A stretch of DNA of 64,000 nucleotides from Eledone cirrhosa (GCA_964016885.1 OZ024756.1:14570001-14634000), one strand, 5' to 3'; numbered from the stretch's first letter, positions 1-14,504 are shown. The notes: generated by a model not told the origin, from the sequence alone. A program made the numbers and translations.

Positions 1-124
1 AAATATGTTATATATATATAAATATATATATAATATAAAATATATATATAATAAAATATATATATATATTATATATAAATATATATATATAATATATATA
101 TATAAATATATATTATAAATATAT

Positions 125-175
<51 letters not shown>

Positions 176-516
176 TACATATATATATAATATATATATA
201 TAAATATATATTATAAATATATATATATATATATATAAATATACATATATATATATATAAATATAATATACATATAAATATACATATATATATATATAAA
301 TATACATATATAAATATATATACATAAATATATATATACATATAAATATATATAAATATATATATATAAATATACATATACATATAAATATATATATATA
401 AATATACATATACATATAAATATATATATATAAATATACATATAATATAAATATATATAAATATATACATATAAATATATATAAATATATATATATATAT
501 ATAAATATACATATAA

Positions 517-547
<31 letters not shown>

Positions 548-602
548 AATATACATATAAATATATATATAAATATATATATATATATAAATTTACATAT
601 AA

Positions 603-633
<31 letters not shown>

Positions 634-707
634 AATTATATATATATATATATAAATTTACATATAAATATATATAAATATATATATATATATATAAATT
701 TACATAT

Positions 708-742
<35 letters not shown>

Positions 743-990
743 ATATATATATATAAATATACATATAAATATATATATAAATATATATATACATATAAAT
801 ATATATATACATATAAATATATATATATAAATATATATAACTAATAACTTTCCATATATATAAATATATATATATAAATATACATATATAAATATATATA
901 TAAATATATATATACATATATAAATAATATATTACATATATAAATATATATATATACATATATAAATATATATATATATATAAAATATAT

Positions 991-1023
<33 letters not shown>

Positions 1024-1056
1024 AAAATATATATATATATATAAAAATATATATAT

Positions 1057-1089
<33 letters not shown>

Positions 1090-1160
1090 AAAATATATAT
1101 ATATATATATATAAATATATATATATATAAATATATATATAAACATAAATATATATATAT

Positions 1161-1237
<77 letters not shown>

Positions 1238-1437
1238 AATATATATATATATAATAAATATATATATATATATATATATATGTACGTATATATATATGTA
1301 TATATATATATGTATATATATATATGTATTTATATATATATGTATTTATATATGTATATATATATATGTATTATATATATATATATGTACATATTATATA
1401 TATATACACACACACATATAAATATATATATATATAA

Positions 1438-1468
<31 letters not shown>

Positions 1469-1520
1469 TACACACATATATATATATATATATATACAGG
1501 TTTGTTTGTGTGTGTGTGTG
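1..1520. repeat. Compound (TA)n/(TAAA)/(CA)n microsatellite block
   Basis: Direct reading. Similar long degenerate TA blocks occur at about 35800-38340, 38760-39420, 41320-42570, 44110-46430, 48030-48725, 51025-51910, 52330-53840 and 60710-62500. Confidence 0.95.
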
Positions 1521-1960
1521 TGCACGTGTACACACGTACATCTGATTGTTGGAGATTTCTCCTGCCACGTCAAAACAGGAATGAGAAAAGAGAGAGGGTG
1601 AGAGCGACAGAGAGAAAGGGGGCTAGAGAGAGAGAGAGAGAGAGAGAGGGGCGGGGGCTAGAAAGCGAAGGTACCCGTTGTAATGGAGGGGTGGGGGTGA
1701 AGGGGCAATTAACATTAACCGGGTGAAATCTGTCTTAAATATTTACTGGAATACAGCCTGAGTTGAAAGGATGCAGCCATGTTTGTGCCACACCCGTGGG
1801 TCAACCACTCTGGCAGGACACCATTACACTACTGGCACTGTCAATGTAGTTACTCCACCCAGTCTTTATATCCTGCTCCCTGTCTCACCTGCCAGAAGTG
1901 GCTGGGGTGGGGTGGGGGATGGATGCCTGTCTAGCTGTATGAGTGATTTTGTGCTTGTGT

Positions 1961-2003
<43 letters not shown>

Positions 2004-2062
2004 ATATATATATTCATCTCTCTATCTCTCTAACTATATAGCTATCTGTATACACACACACA

Positions 2063-2465
2063 TGGTGGCTGCCAACTCGTTTTCGAGTACGGCCACTACT
2101 TTATATCCATGTAGGAGAACCCCTACCGATGCGCTGCACGAGTGTAACTTTTTAGTCCAGCCAGTGACTTGAAAACTCTGGTACAAACACTACACTTGTG
2201 ACAATTATTGACACATAGTGCTGGGCCCATGGTACCATGTGACGGCAAGTGCAGAGAGATCACCAGGTATAAAGCAATGCCTGTGCCGTGAAGCTTTTAT
2301 AGTGAGCAAAGCAACTGCACATAGCCAGTCCCACTCTCTTAACCAAGATGATATTTACCAAAAAGAAGAGCAAGTCAATATCATTGGATACCATCAGAGT
2401 TGTAGGTGTTATATCAGAGTATTCCTTCTCCTAGAATTCTGCCTTGACAAAGGCTAAGGGGTCAT
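2063..2465 (-). mobile_element. Non-autonomous RTE-like element, family A, 5'-truncated copy
   Basis: Nearly identical to 59339-59947. Keeps the 3' stem-loop end (GTGGCCGTACTCGAAAACGAGTTGGCAGCCACCA) and is flanked by CA/TACA repeats. Confidence 0.8.
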
Positions 2466-3041
2466 ACATACATACATATATGATGTCTGCAACTCGATTT
2501 CGAGTAATGCCATCGCAAAAATGCCTGAGAGCTCAAAGACCAACACCTAGTAGTTTACAGTGAAACAATCCACGTTGTGGGCGACAAGCAGAGTTGACCT
2601 GGGTGAGATTTGACCTGGGTGAGATTTGACCCCAGAGAGCAGAAGACATTCTATCCGACCTTCTAACCACTCGCTCTACATATATCAACAAGTTTTATCC
2701 ATCCTAACAGTTTTCTCAGATGAGGAAACCAAAATTTAACAGGATGTACATTTTTTAAAATAATTTATTCACTGGGAAGAGAAGGGGAGAAGTGAATATG
2801 TTCATGACATTTGCAGACTCTCTCTCTCTGAAATTGGTGAGATTTTTGCCCCCCCCGTCTGAACATCTGCAGCTTAATGTCTTAAAACAAAACACGAGAA
2901 GAACGGGATAGTGAAGGTTTGTCGAAATGCAAAAAAAAAAAAAAAAAGCAAAAAAGAAAGCCTCGAATGGAATGTGTCTGATGGTTGTGGTAGTGTTGCT
3001 GTTGTTTAGCTCCAGGTAAAACTTTTTAGTGTGAAATCCTT

Positions 3042-3200
3042 GGTGGATTGGCAGTATCGGTAGAGTTACGGCCCTTGCCATTCTGAATTCAAATCCCGCC
3101 GAGGTTAACTTTGCCTTTCATCCTTACGGGGTCGATAAAATAAAGTACCAGTAATGCACTGGAATAATTGCTGGCCTTGTGCCAAAAGTAGAAACAGTTA
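3042..3200 (+). mobile_element. tRNA-derived SINE (internally deleted copy)
   Basis: A box TGGCAGTATCGG, B-box-like ATTCAAATCC, body CTTTCATCCTTACGGGGTCGATAAAATAAAGTACC, tail GGCCTTGTGCCAAAAGTAGAAAC; multicopy in window. Confidence 0.85.
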
Positions 3201-3632
3201 TTAAAGACATTTCAGTCGTGACCATCCCGTATGTTTTAAAGGACCAGCTAGGACTATATTATTCATTGTGTATTTTCTTGATAAAGGCAGCGCGGTGTGA
3301 TTTGTGTAATATTTCTTGTAGTTGATCTCGACTCTCATATTGTCTCGGTGGTAATAGTAGTAGTAGTAGTGGTGGTTTAAACGGGGGGGGGGGGGGGTCG
3401 GGTGAGACAGGTGAGAGCAATCACCAATAAACTGAACATCAGGTAAAGTTAATTCACCTAGCCAGTACGTATTTTATCAATCCCTTTTTGTCGAGCAGCT
3501 ACATTACGGAATATAAACAAACACACACACATTAGGAAAGCCCTGATGATTTCTGACGAATGAAACAGTTTTAGCCTTGAGCCTTGTAGAAGTAATTTCT
3601 ATAATAAATAGTATATATATATATATATATAT

Positions 3633-3851
3633 ATCAAGTAAGAATATTTTCGAAACAGCGAGTGGATTTGAAATTATTAGAAATGTAAGCTATCGCCGTA
3701 TTTTGACTAAAGAAATTAAAGAAATTATTTAGCCTGATAGTGGGGTTAAGAACCCTCGGAGAAATGGAAAAAGATGAGTATTGACGTACATGGGAGTCGA
3801 ACCCACATCTTTGGTTATCCGGACCACTGTGCTACCATTTACACCAACACC
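3633..3851 (-). mobile_element. tRNA-cloverleaf-containing repeat, second family, truncated copy
   Basis: Homologous to 56912-57447; inserted in (TA)n. Confidence 0.7.
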
Positions 3852-3983
3852 TATATATATATGTATATATCAAAAGCTTGTACTGAGTTAGAAACTCAAA
3901 ATAGTCTCATTACAGTAAATTAGCTCCAGGAAAAAGGTTTTTCCGAGTCGTATATTACTGAACAAAAAGGAAAAACGAACACA

Positions 3984-4020
<37 letters not shown>

Positions 4021-4363
4021 TCAAATCGTTCAGTTATATATATATATATATTCAAATCGTTCAGTTATATATATATATAACTGAACAAAAAGGAAAAACG
4101 AGCACAGACATATATATATATATGTGTGTTCAAATCGTAATGGACCAAAATCGCTAAGGTGAAAAAAATACTAACTACAGACAAATTGTCTGTAGTTAGT
4201 ATTTTTTGTAGTTAGTTTTTCCTTTTTGTTCAGTTATATATATATATATATATATATGTGTATAATTCAACATTCAATAAGACCAAGGATTAGTATTATT
4301 ATCTATTTATACATCTATGGTCGTTTCAACGCATCTAGAGTATTTTGTCAATTACACTATAAC

Positions 4364-4423
<60 letters not shown>

Positions 4424-4463
4424 AATATATAAATATATATATATATATATATAGTAGGAGACA

Positions 4464-4506
4464 TGGTCCTGACGAGAACCAGTTTAGTTCGAAATGCATC
4501 GACGAT
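4464..4506 (+). ncRNA. Minimal type I hammerhead ribozyme
   Basis: GTC-CTGACGA-GAAC(cagttta)GTTC-GAAA-TGCA-TC-GAC. Stem II covaries with the 9956/10110 copies (GGAC/GTCC). Confidence 0.75.
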
Positions 4507-4665
4507 TGTCCCCCTTACTTCTGCTGAACACCGCTGGTTGGCGTAACCCACCAGTGTTTTTGTATAGCTACGGCTTTCTAAATGTTTATTTATAAACATA
4601 CCGTATTTCCTTAGAAATATGAAAGTCAAATATATATTTGTATATAGCTATGTTCGAAGCTAAAT

Positions 4666-4725
<60 letters not shown>

Positions 4726-5168
4726 GATTGTGTATCGCACAGTTTCCGTCTACCAAATTTCACTGACAAGTTTTTAGTCGACCTGAGAGAGGGACTATGG
4801 TTAGAAATTGAAATCAGTAAAATTTGCATTAAGCTAATAACACACGAGTCGTCTGCCGAGAAGAAATGCCAGCATATCGACGTGAAATTCTTGTAAATAA
4901 CTTTGGAATCGCCAAAGAAGAGGAAAATAGAATTCTAAACATTTTTGAGAGAGAAGAAAAATTTCAGTTAGAATTTTAAAGCATTCGAACTGATATTAAA
5001 AAACATTGCGGGAGTTTCAAAAGTGGATTGGAGCCAAAATTATCAAAGATATTTTTGTTGTTTGTATACAACAGATCTGATGCACTAAACCGACTCTTAT
5101 TACAAAATATTACAAAATGTGTAAACGTCCATACAAGTCATTAATTCAAGTACATGTAACTGAATGCA

Positions 5169-5212
<44 letters not shown>

Positions 5213-5295
5213 GACTATCCGGATGGCTTCCAAAAACAATGGTTGCATTTTAAAAGGGTACGTCAAAGCTTATTTGTAAAACTGTTATATATTGT

Positions 5296-5358
5296 ATTTT
5301 GTCTGATGAAGGCATACCATAATTTAATTTGGTATCCCTGAAATATGTATAATGAAAT
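5296..5358 (+). ncRNA. Minimal hammerhead ribozyme, family H1
   Basis: ATTTTGT-CTGATGA-AGGcATACCA..TGGTATcCCT-GAAA-TATGTATA-ATGAAAT. Other copies at about 20710-20770(-), 44525-44587(-), 50232-50294(+), 57620-57680(-), 57833-57892(+), 59133-59190(+). Confidence 0.8.
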
Positions 5359-5398
5359 AAATATGGTTTTATAAATATAGTTTCCATTTATTAATATC

Positions 5399-5438
<40 letters not shown>

Positions 5439-5663
5439 GACGTAAAATAAGAAAATTTTAAAAATTAAAAATTAACTTACTTACTAAAATTTACTAAAAT
5501 TGTAAGTAAGTTAATTTTTAATTTTTAAAATTTTCTTATTTTACGTCTTTCATATAATTGTTCTGCATCCCCCTGCATAGAACCACAAAGGTACTAAGAC
5601 ATAACATATATATTTGCTAGCATGGGTATACATCTGTATACATATGTTGGTAGATATACTAAT

Positions 5664-5704
<41 letters not shown>

Positions 5705-5745
5705 TGACGAGGTTATAGTATTAGCTATAATCCTGTTTGCTCACG

Positions 5746-5797
<52 letters not shown>

Positions 5798-5802
<5 letters not shown>

Positions 5803-6086
5803 ACTGCAACTCGATTTCGAGTAATGCCATCGCTTGATATTTAAGCATGGGACTTGCCTATGGCCAGCAATAGCATCCATGAATCGCCAAAAATGTCCCA
5901 TATCGGGCGATGCCTGCGCTTCATTTTTACATTGAGGAAAGGCTTTGCACAGGGCCAATCTCACTCTGTGAACAACCATAAGAACTGGTCTACATCATTG
6001 GATGCAAACGAAGTCGCGGGTTTTATATGAGAGTGACCTTCTCCTAGAGAGATGACTTAATGAAGACTGGGAGTCTCTCACTCTAC
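5798..6086 (-). mobile_element. Sister subfamily B of the RTE-like non-autonomous element
   Basis: Aligns by eye with family A (TGCCTGCGC..GAAAGGCTTTGCACA..CACTCT; CCTTCTCCTAGA). Same CTCG-N4-CGAG terminal hairpin; a stub also lies at 2481-2516. Confidence 0.65.
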
Positions 6087-6204
6087 AAAAAAAAAAAAAA
6101 AAAACTTTATCGTATGGCCGTTGACTCTCCTGAGTTCCTCTGCCCTTTAACGAGTTTTATTTTACATCCCGCAAAGTGTCCATAATCATCATCTTCACCA
6201 ATTA

Positions 6205-6512
6205 AAAAAATGAGAGGTTTTCAGATCCAGTATCCAAGATACACCTTCAGCTTCATACGCATCATTATTGGAGCTACAGGTTATATACCAACCCGCTTGG
6301 ACCAAAGTATGACTGAACGTGGATTTGTGGATAAAGAGCGGAACTCTCTAATTCATAGTCTACAAATGGCTGCGATAGCTGGCACCTTCAAATTTTGCAA
6401 AACATTCTTGCGATTCAAGGGAAGACAATTTCTTTTCTTTTACAACCTTGCCACCAGGAAGGTGGCCGGTCAAAAATGTACTCGAAATTAAGAGAAAATG
6501 ATACATACATAC
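6205..6512 (+). mobile_element. 3' fragment of R4/Dong-like non-LTR retrotransposon (RLE C-terminus, 3'UTR, TACA tail)
   Basis: ORF 6210: YTFSFIRIIIGATGYIP...LQMAAIAGTFKFCKTFL resembles the IIIGALG/LQKxAxxGT C-terminus of R4-clade ORFs; ends in (TACA)n. Confidence 0.6.
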
Positions 6513-6674
6513 ATGTATGTTTGTATGTATGTATACAATAATTGTTTCTAATATACGCACAAGGTCAGTAATTTTGGAGGAATGGATAATTGATTAAATC
6601 GACCCCAGTGTATAACTTGTGCTTTATTTATCGACCCCGGAAGCAAAGCTAACCTCAATAATAGTAGTGTATAA

Positions 6675-7575
6675 TCTATATATATAAAACTGTGGTTGTC
6701 TGTCTGTCTATCGATTTTTGGCACACATCTCCTCTTAGAATCTCTCACGGAATTCCACCGAAATTGCTATACTTGTACATTGAGCCCTAGCGAAGACATC
6801 GGAAAAAAAAAATTTCAAATTGACCCACCCTATGTGACGAAATCGAATATAATGTATCGATTTTTGAGCGTAAGTGATCAGTTATTTCCCTTTGTTCTGT
6901 TTACATTGAGCGTCTGCGTGTAAAAATTAAAAAAATTACGCTGGCTTTCTCAGCGAAGCCTTTTAAAACAATATTTTTACTTGAAAACAAGTCTATTTAA
7001 AGACTACGTAAAACAAGCAAATATTTCGTAAAAAAAAAAGCAAAAATTATATAAGTTTATTTAAAATATATGTATCTGTAAATTTCGTTAGGCGTGCAGA
7101 CAGACAGTCGTGCAGACAGATAGTCGTGCAGAGAGGTGATATAGGCGTGCAGACAGATAGTCGTGCAGAGAGGTGATATAGGCGTGCAGACAGATAGTCG
7201 TGCAGAGAGGTGATATAGGCGTGCAGACAGACAGTCGTGCAGAGAGGTGATATAGGCGTGCAGACAGACATAACTGATAATTTGGTTACGCTAATGTTTT
7301 TCTCTGCGTTGCAGTGTTTACATTTTCGATCTTTGTTAATAAATAACCAGTGCAGTTTCTATCCCCAGCATCCTCTTTTGTTATAACATTCGGGTTATCG
7401 TTATGTTTTCTTAACTTCATAAGGCATATTGTTGGTTGAGGGAATATTAATCAAAAACACCACATGCAAGTCTGCACAGTAGACACTACAGTTTTTAAGC
7501 CAAGAAAGAAACTTAACATTGTAACTTTAACACAGCTACTGAGCGACCCCGAGCAACGCCGGGCTTTACTGCTAG
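6675..7575 (+). mobile_element. Non-autonomous Helitron
   Basis: 5' A|TCTATATATATAAAA then (TGTC)n; 3' hairpin CCCGAGCAACGCCGGG then CTAG|T; internal tandem repeat at 7090-7270. Confidence 0.75.
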
Positions 7576-7603
7576 TATATATATATAATTAAGATGATGC
7601 AGA

Positions 7604-7646
<43 letters not shown>

Positions 7647-7787
7647 GATACCAAAATATCGTTATAGGTAATCTAATTAGAGATTGTGAATACTTCTTAT
7701 TATGGATAGTTTTAGCGTACGGCGTTGTTATACTGCAAATAAATCCCCCTTTTTTGTACTGTTGACCATGTTATTCTCCTCTAAAAA

Positions 7788-7923
7788 GTCCAGAATTAGA
7801 CGTCGAAACGGTTTGAGCTCAGCCGTCGGGGTCCTACTCGTTCCTATTACCCACTCTACTACCCTAAGTATTGAGTACTTTGGTGCGTTATGGTCCATCT
7901 GGTTCCTTACAACATTTCCTTCG

Positions 7924-7926
<3 letters not shown>
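7788..7926 (+). mobile_element. PLE-type mini-element family H3 (about 135 bp, HHR 3' half)
   Basis: Family consensus GTCCAGAATTAGCCGTC-GAAACGGCT..AGCCGTC-GGGGTC..TTCCTTCG. Copies at 16283-16642, 18275-18380, 31005-31197, 32441-32632, 34624-34816, 40210-40414, 45296-45382, 49136-49232. Confidence 0.7.
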
Positions 7927-7962
<36 letters not shown>

Positions 7963-7966
<4 letters not shown>

Positions 7967-9152
7967 TTACTGTGGTGGCCATCCCGTTCACTGTCATAAC
8001 CGACACGGACTGGAATCGAATTTTGTCGATCGAAACCCGCTGATGAAGCCTCATGCGCCGATTGTGCATTGTTGCATAATAAATTCAGACTGTGGATTGC
8101 TGTGCACTCGATTGTTTGCATTAAGTGTGGCCGAAACTCGAGTACGGGTATAGATTGAAGGTAACCATTTACATGTGATGTATTGACGCGAATAACTAAG
8201 TGTCTACTCTGGGAGTTTACATAACATTACCTATTTAGTACGCTGAGATGCAACCAGTTTTAGCAGTAAAACCCATGCTAGTCCCTTCAACTTCATTATT
8301 TTCTACCAACTAGCAGATTAACAATGAGAGTAAGTTGAACAATTTTCCACATTTTGTTAATTGTTTTGTTTAATATGCGCTCTGATACATCTATCTCTCT
8401 CACTCACCCAGTGAATCGTGCGAATTGTGATATTAACCGGTTTACGCACGTGGCTGGTGGAAATATCTAGAATTCGAATTCTAACCAGCACGATAACTCT
8501 ATATCGCTGTCTAATCACCTGTTGGCATTTAATGTCCGGAAAGGTTTTAGGCACAACCATTGTTACTGTTGCACTATTTTCGCCATGGGCCTTGGAGACT
8601 GGAGTCGAATGCTACCATTCTATTGTAAAGCGATTGGAGAGTGATTTTTTTTCTAATACCCAAATTTTCACTCGCTTGTTTATTCGTGTTTGAGATACGT
8701 TGGCTGAGCGCTTATGGCAGCAATTTCGTCTCCTACCGTCACGTAAATTTCTGTAGCCAATCGGTTGACGACATTGTGATGACGCGTAAGGATTCCAGTT
8801 GCTATTGTTTTACTGTGCTGGCTGTCACATTCACTATCATAACCGACACGGATTGGAATCGAAACCTGTTGATCGATTGGTTATTGGTTAGGCGAAATCC
8901 ACCTTTCAAGCCTTATGCGCCGATTGTGCATTGTTGCATAATAGATGCAGACAGTGGATGCTGTGCACTCAATTGCTGCATTAAGTGTGGCCGAAACTGG
9001 AGTAGGGGTAAAGTTTGAAGGTACCATTTACGTGTGAGGTATTGAAGCGAATAACTAAGTGTCTACACTGGGAGTTTACATAACATTACTTATTGAGTAC
9101 GCTGAGATGTAACCGGTCCTAGCAGTGATACCCATGCTAGGTCCGTCAACAT
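7963..9152 (+). mobile_element. Retrozyme-like element: two ~330-bp direct repeats (pseudo-LTRs, pLTRs) flanking a ~510-bp noncoding spacer
   Basis: 7963-8295 is repeated at 8803-9152; (TA)n on both flanks; HHR in the first repeat. Confidence 0.7.
8035..8149 (+). ncRNA. Hammerhead ribozyme with greatly extended stem II
   Basis: ACCCG-CTGATGA-AGCC..(about 80 nt)..GGCC-GAAAC-TCGA-GTA-CGGGT; stem I perfect, stem III palindromic. Confidence 0.75.
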
Positions 9153-9819
9153 ATTATATATATATATATATATTCGGATAGTCGGCATCATCTTTTATAT
9201 TCTGGGAAAATAGTCTTAAAATGTTCTTTGTGTTTCAACAATATCTATGATTTTTAAAGTTTAGAATGTTTAGATTTAATCGTAAATTTCTTTATTTCTC
9301 TCTTTCTTTCTCTCTCTCTTTGTTTCCTTCTTTCTTTCTTTTGCAAATGGCGTCCTACGTATAATTGTTGCGGCGAGCGATTGCTCATTGAAAGGGTGAT
9401 AGTCACTGACATTTTCAAAGTGGTGTTGATTATGTGTGTCACATCTTTCCAATCCAACTTTGACATAACCCATATTTATTAAGTACAACTCGGTGGTCTA
9501 ACGGCATCTTTTTATCTCCGTTGTTTAGCTAACATAAAGTAGTTGTCTTCGTCATTAGTAGTTTAAGAATATCACGTTAACGTGTTAACGTGTGAAGTTG
9601 ATAACGGCTACTCGAAACTGTTTCTCTCTCCCTCTCTCGACATTGGAGCTATCATACATACAGCCTAGTCTTTCATGTGAGACAAATACCATTATTATCT
9701 TTTGTTGACACAAGGTAGTGTGTGTATGTGTGAGTGTATCTGTGTGAATTGGCTCAACGTATAATAGAATAGAATTAGGATTTAGTTTCAAGCATAGCTG
9801 TATACAGATATATACAGAC

Positions 9820-10250
9820 ATTTCCTATTTCTAAAGAAACACGGTATGTTTACAGGTAAACATTTAGAGAGCCATAACTATGCAAAAAAAAAACAAAACA
9901 AAACAAAACCGGGCTGTCGCCCTCTGGTGGTGTCCAGCAGAAACAAGGGGGGACAATCGTCGATGCATTTCGGACTTAACTGGTCCTCATCAGGACGATC
10001 CCTCCCACATGCAGCTTCATATGTAAATGAGATTAATCACCTTTACACAGACGAGAAAACTATATATTCTCGACTGTTTTCAAGTCTACCAGTCGCAAGT
10101 GTGGGAGGGATCGTCCTGATGAGGACAAGTTAAGTCCGAAGTGCATCGACGATTGTCCCCCTTGCTTCTGCCCCAGTGTTTTTTGTATAGCTACGGCTTT
10201 CTAAATGTTTACCAGTAAACATACCGTGTTTCTTTAGAAATACGAAATTT
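9820..10250. mobile_element. Inverted-arm PLE-type mini-element with two HHRs
   Basis: Arms about 9820-10008 and 10101-10250. HHR 9956-9999(-) is intact (ATCGTC-CTGATGA-GGAC..GTCC-GAAA-TGCA-TC-GACGAT); HHR 10110-10153(+) has GAAG. Confidence 0.8.
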
Positions 10251-10265
10251 CTGTACATGCATACA

Positions 10266-10812
10266 TGGTGGCTGCCAACTCGTTTTCGAGTACGGCCACT
10301 ACTTTATATCCATGTAGGAGAACCCCTACCCATGCGCTGAACAAGTGTGACTTTTTAGTCCAGCCAGCGACTTGAAAACTCTGGTACAAACACTACACTT
10401 GTGACAATTATTAACACATAGTGCTGGGCCCATGGTACCATGTGATGACAAGTGCAGAGAGATCTCCAGATATAAAGCAATGCCTGTGCCGTGAAGCTTT
10501 TATAGTGAGCAAAGGCACTGCACAAAGCCAGTCCCACTCTCTTAACCAAGATGATATTTACCAAAAAGAAGAACAAGTCAACATCATTGGATACCATCAG
10601 AGTTGCAGGTGTTACATCAGAGTTTTCATTCTCCTAGAATTCTGCCTTGACAAAGGCTAAGGGGTCATCTCTCCCGGTGATTTTGGATGTCCAAAGTCAC
10701 CCTCCTCACCAAGAAACCTTGGTGGGGTTGCCAGTTTAGTCACCAACGACCCGACCATGAGACAGGTTGTACTGGGATACATGTTACCAGTAGCACCAAC
10801 TGGTGACCTGAC
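10266..10812 (-). mobile_element. Family A RTE-like element, both ends present, internal deletion
   Basis: Matches 59339-59947 except for a deletion joined at a GGATG microhomology (10685-10689). Confidence 0.8.
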
Positions 10813-10836
10813 ATACATACATACATACATACATAT

Positions 10837-11397
10837 ATGTTCGTGGATGCTACCTCTGGAGGGAAATTAGCTAAGCTATGTAGAAAGGCGCTAAGAAAGA
10901 CCCATCTAAACATTAAAGTGGTAAAAAAGCCAGGAACTACCATAAAATCCCTGATCAGCAAAACATACCCCTTTAAGAAAACACACTGTACGAATAAGAA
11001 ATATGTTATATGTAAAGTGAAGAACCCCCAGATAAAGTGTAAAACTAGAAATGTAGTCTATAGCATAAGATGTACAGAGGGTAGCTGCAGAAACATGACA
11101 ACGACATACATAGTTGAGACAGCTCGAAGCATAGGGGAGAGATTAGACCAACACTGGGGGGAACTAAAAGGACAAAAAGACGGTTCAGTACTACACGAAC
11201 ACGCCAGACAAAGACACGATGGTAATATAGACAACATAGATATTAAAATAATATCTAAACATAAAAATGACTCAACAGCTAGGCAAATCAGAGAAGCAAC
11301 TGAGATAGAACTAAGAAGACCGAAGTTAAACAGAAAGACCAAATGGAATAACAACAACAACCATACCCAAACACACAATACTGACTTAAGGGAAATA

Positions 11398-11400
<3 letters not shown>
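10837..11400 (+). pseudogene. Penelope-like (Neptune-type) retroelement GIY-YIG endonuclease, 5'-truncated
   Basis: Cys-rich linker, then NVVYSIRC..C...YIVETARSIGERLDQH..SVLHEH...RQIREATEI...PKLNRK, i.e. a PLE GIY-YIG with CCHH motif (YIG degenerated to YIV). Confidence 0.85.
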
Positions 11401-11428
<28 letters not shown>

Positions 11429-11628
11429 ATATACACAAGTACAATAACAACAAACACACATAAACACACACTAGTGAACAAAGATAGAATACAAACACAC
11501 ACAGACTCAGACACGAACACACACACCAAACAGAAAAGACACGCAAACGCATGCGCAAATAGAAGAGACAAGAATAAATAAATAAAATAAAATTTGCCTA
11601 GACATTACAATACAACGGGAGGAAATAG

Positions 11629-11671
11629 TACCACTGATGATGTCACAGATGTGTGACGAAAGAACTTTGAT

Positions 11672-11672
<1 letters not shown>
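11629..11672 (+). ncRNA. Hammerhead motif in the PLE 3' pLTR
   Basis: CTGATGA-t-GTCAC(agatgt)GTGAC-GAAA downstream of the GIY-YIG ORF; related copy at 18822-18862. Confidence 0.6.
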
Positions 11673-11732
<60 letters not shown>

Positions 11733-11900
11733 CTGTATTTTTAACCGTTGGTTAATCAATGATAAACATTGATTACCAGATAAATCAACTATGGAGATAT
11801 AAAAGATACACAAGCGGAAACCATCCCGAATCAAACAGTGAGTGTGTTTTATTATTATTTCTGGCAATATTATAACAATATGACCCTCCCCAAATATAAC

Positions 11901-11933
<33 letters not shown>

Positions 11934-11984
11934 TCATGTATATGTGTGTGTGTGTGTCTGTGTTATCACATCGTATCTGAAGCT

Positions 11985-12405
11985 GCAGTAGGCTCTTTGC
12001 CTGTCATCCTTACGGGGTCGATAAAATAATGTACCAGTAATATACTGGGTAATTGCTGGCCTTGTGCCAAAAGTAGAAACAATTATTTTAGGGAGGTGAA
12101 TTGGCAGTATCGGTAGAGGGTCGGACATGCTTTCCATAGTTACGTCCCTTTACGATCTGAGTTTAAATTGCTGGTCTTGTGCTAAAAGTAGAAACAATTA
12201 TTTAATTACTTAGGGCGGTGGATTGGCAGTATCGGTAGAGGGTCGGACGCCATGCTTTGACGCATAGAGTTACGGCCCTTGCCATTCTGAATTCAAATCC
12301 CGCCGAGGTTAACTTTGCCTTTCATCCTTACGGGGTCGATAAAATAAAGTACCAGTAATACACTGGGCAATCGCTGGCCTTGTGCCAAAAGTAGAAACAA
12401 TTATT
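11985..12405 (+). mobile_element. Cluster of three tRNA-SINE copies (one full length, 12212-12405)
   Basis: Same A/B boxes, body and tail as 3042-3200. Confidence 0.85.
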
Positions 12406-12684
12406 TAATTACTTACACTGGCAAACGAAGTACCGTTTGAGTATATCTCTCTTTATGGACTGTATTATAAGGGTATTCATTTACTGATGATCAGCCAATT
12501 AGCAGTGAAACATGGATAGGCTATCGGTTATGTTTTGTTTTCTGTATACAAAGGGGAAAATAATGTTTGTCACATATTCAGAGCGATGCTTATAAACTCC
12601 AGTTATACTTACATTAATTATATTTTTATTGCATGAAATGTTTAATATACAGTGTGATGTGAATAATAAATATTAATCATCTAG

Positions 12685-12720
<36 letters not shown>

Positions 12721-12766
12721 TGCACACCCACATATATAAATATAAACACACAAAACACACACACAC

Positions 12767-13820
<1,054 letters not shown>

Positions 13821-13906
13821 TATCTATATTTTTTTAATGTAAAATCCTCGGCATATGTCCTTGTATTGTCCCGTTTTCTTGTGCGCCCTTGTGGCAAATA
13901 AAGAAA

Positions 13907-13945
<39 letters not shown>

Positions 13946-14504
13946 GTGCGTGTGTGTGTAATATATATATCATACATATACATTTATTTATATATTATAT
14001 ATATAAATGTTTGTGTAAGAGAGAGAGAGAGAGAGATCGTAAGAGGTATGAAGCCTGACGAAGCTACATGGTGGAGGTGGTGGTGGTGGGGATGGAGTGG
14101 TGGTGGTGGTGGTGGTGGGTTTATCGTAGGTGTGGCAAGTGTGTAGAATATAAAGAAAAAAATAACTATAAAATAAAATAAAATATAATAAAATAAAATA
14201 ACAACAACAATTTGTTAAGCGGACTTCTCAAGAGCGGGTGTTTCAAGTATGTCTGTGGAATAAGACTGCCGGACGGTGGCGCTGCTAACCAGCAAGGGGT
14301 GGGGTGCTGGAGGAAGAGGAAAGTAGGGGGAATTCTGGGTGATGACGATGATTTTTTTTTTAGTAAGGGCCATGTGGGGATGTGAATATATTGATGGTAG
14401 GGACCACCCAGATAACTGTTGTATGTAGAGGGAGGGAGACCAGTGATGGATCTGCTGGGCTTTTTGTATATAACTGTGGGCTAATGGATAATGTTAATAA
14501 TGGT

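Noticed and set aside
3543-3575. CTGATGA..GAAAC motifs at 3543, 12485 and about 47910(-)
   Set aside because: Stems I-III cannot be convincingly paired; at most decayed HHRs.
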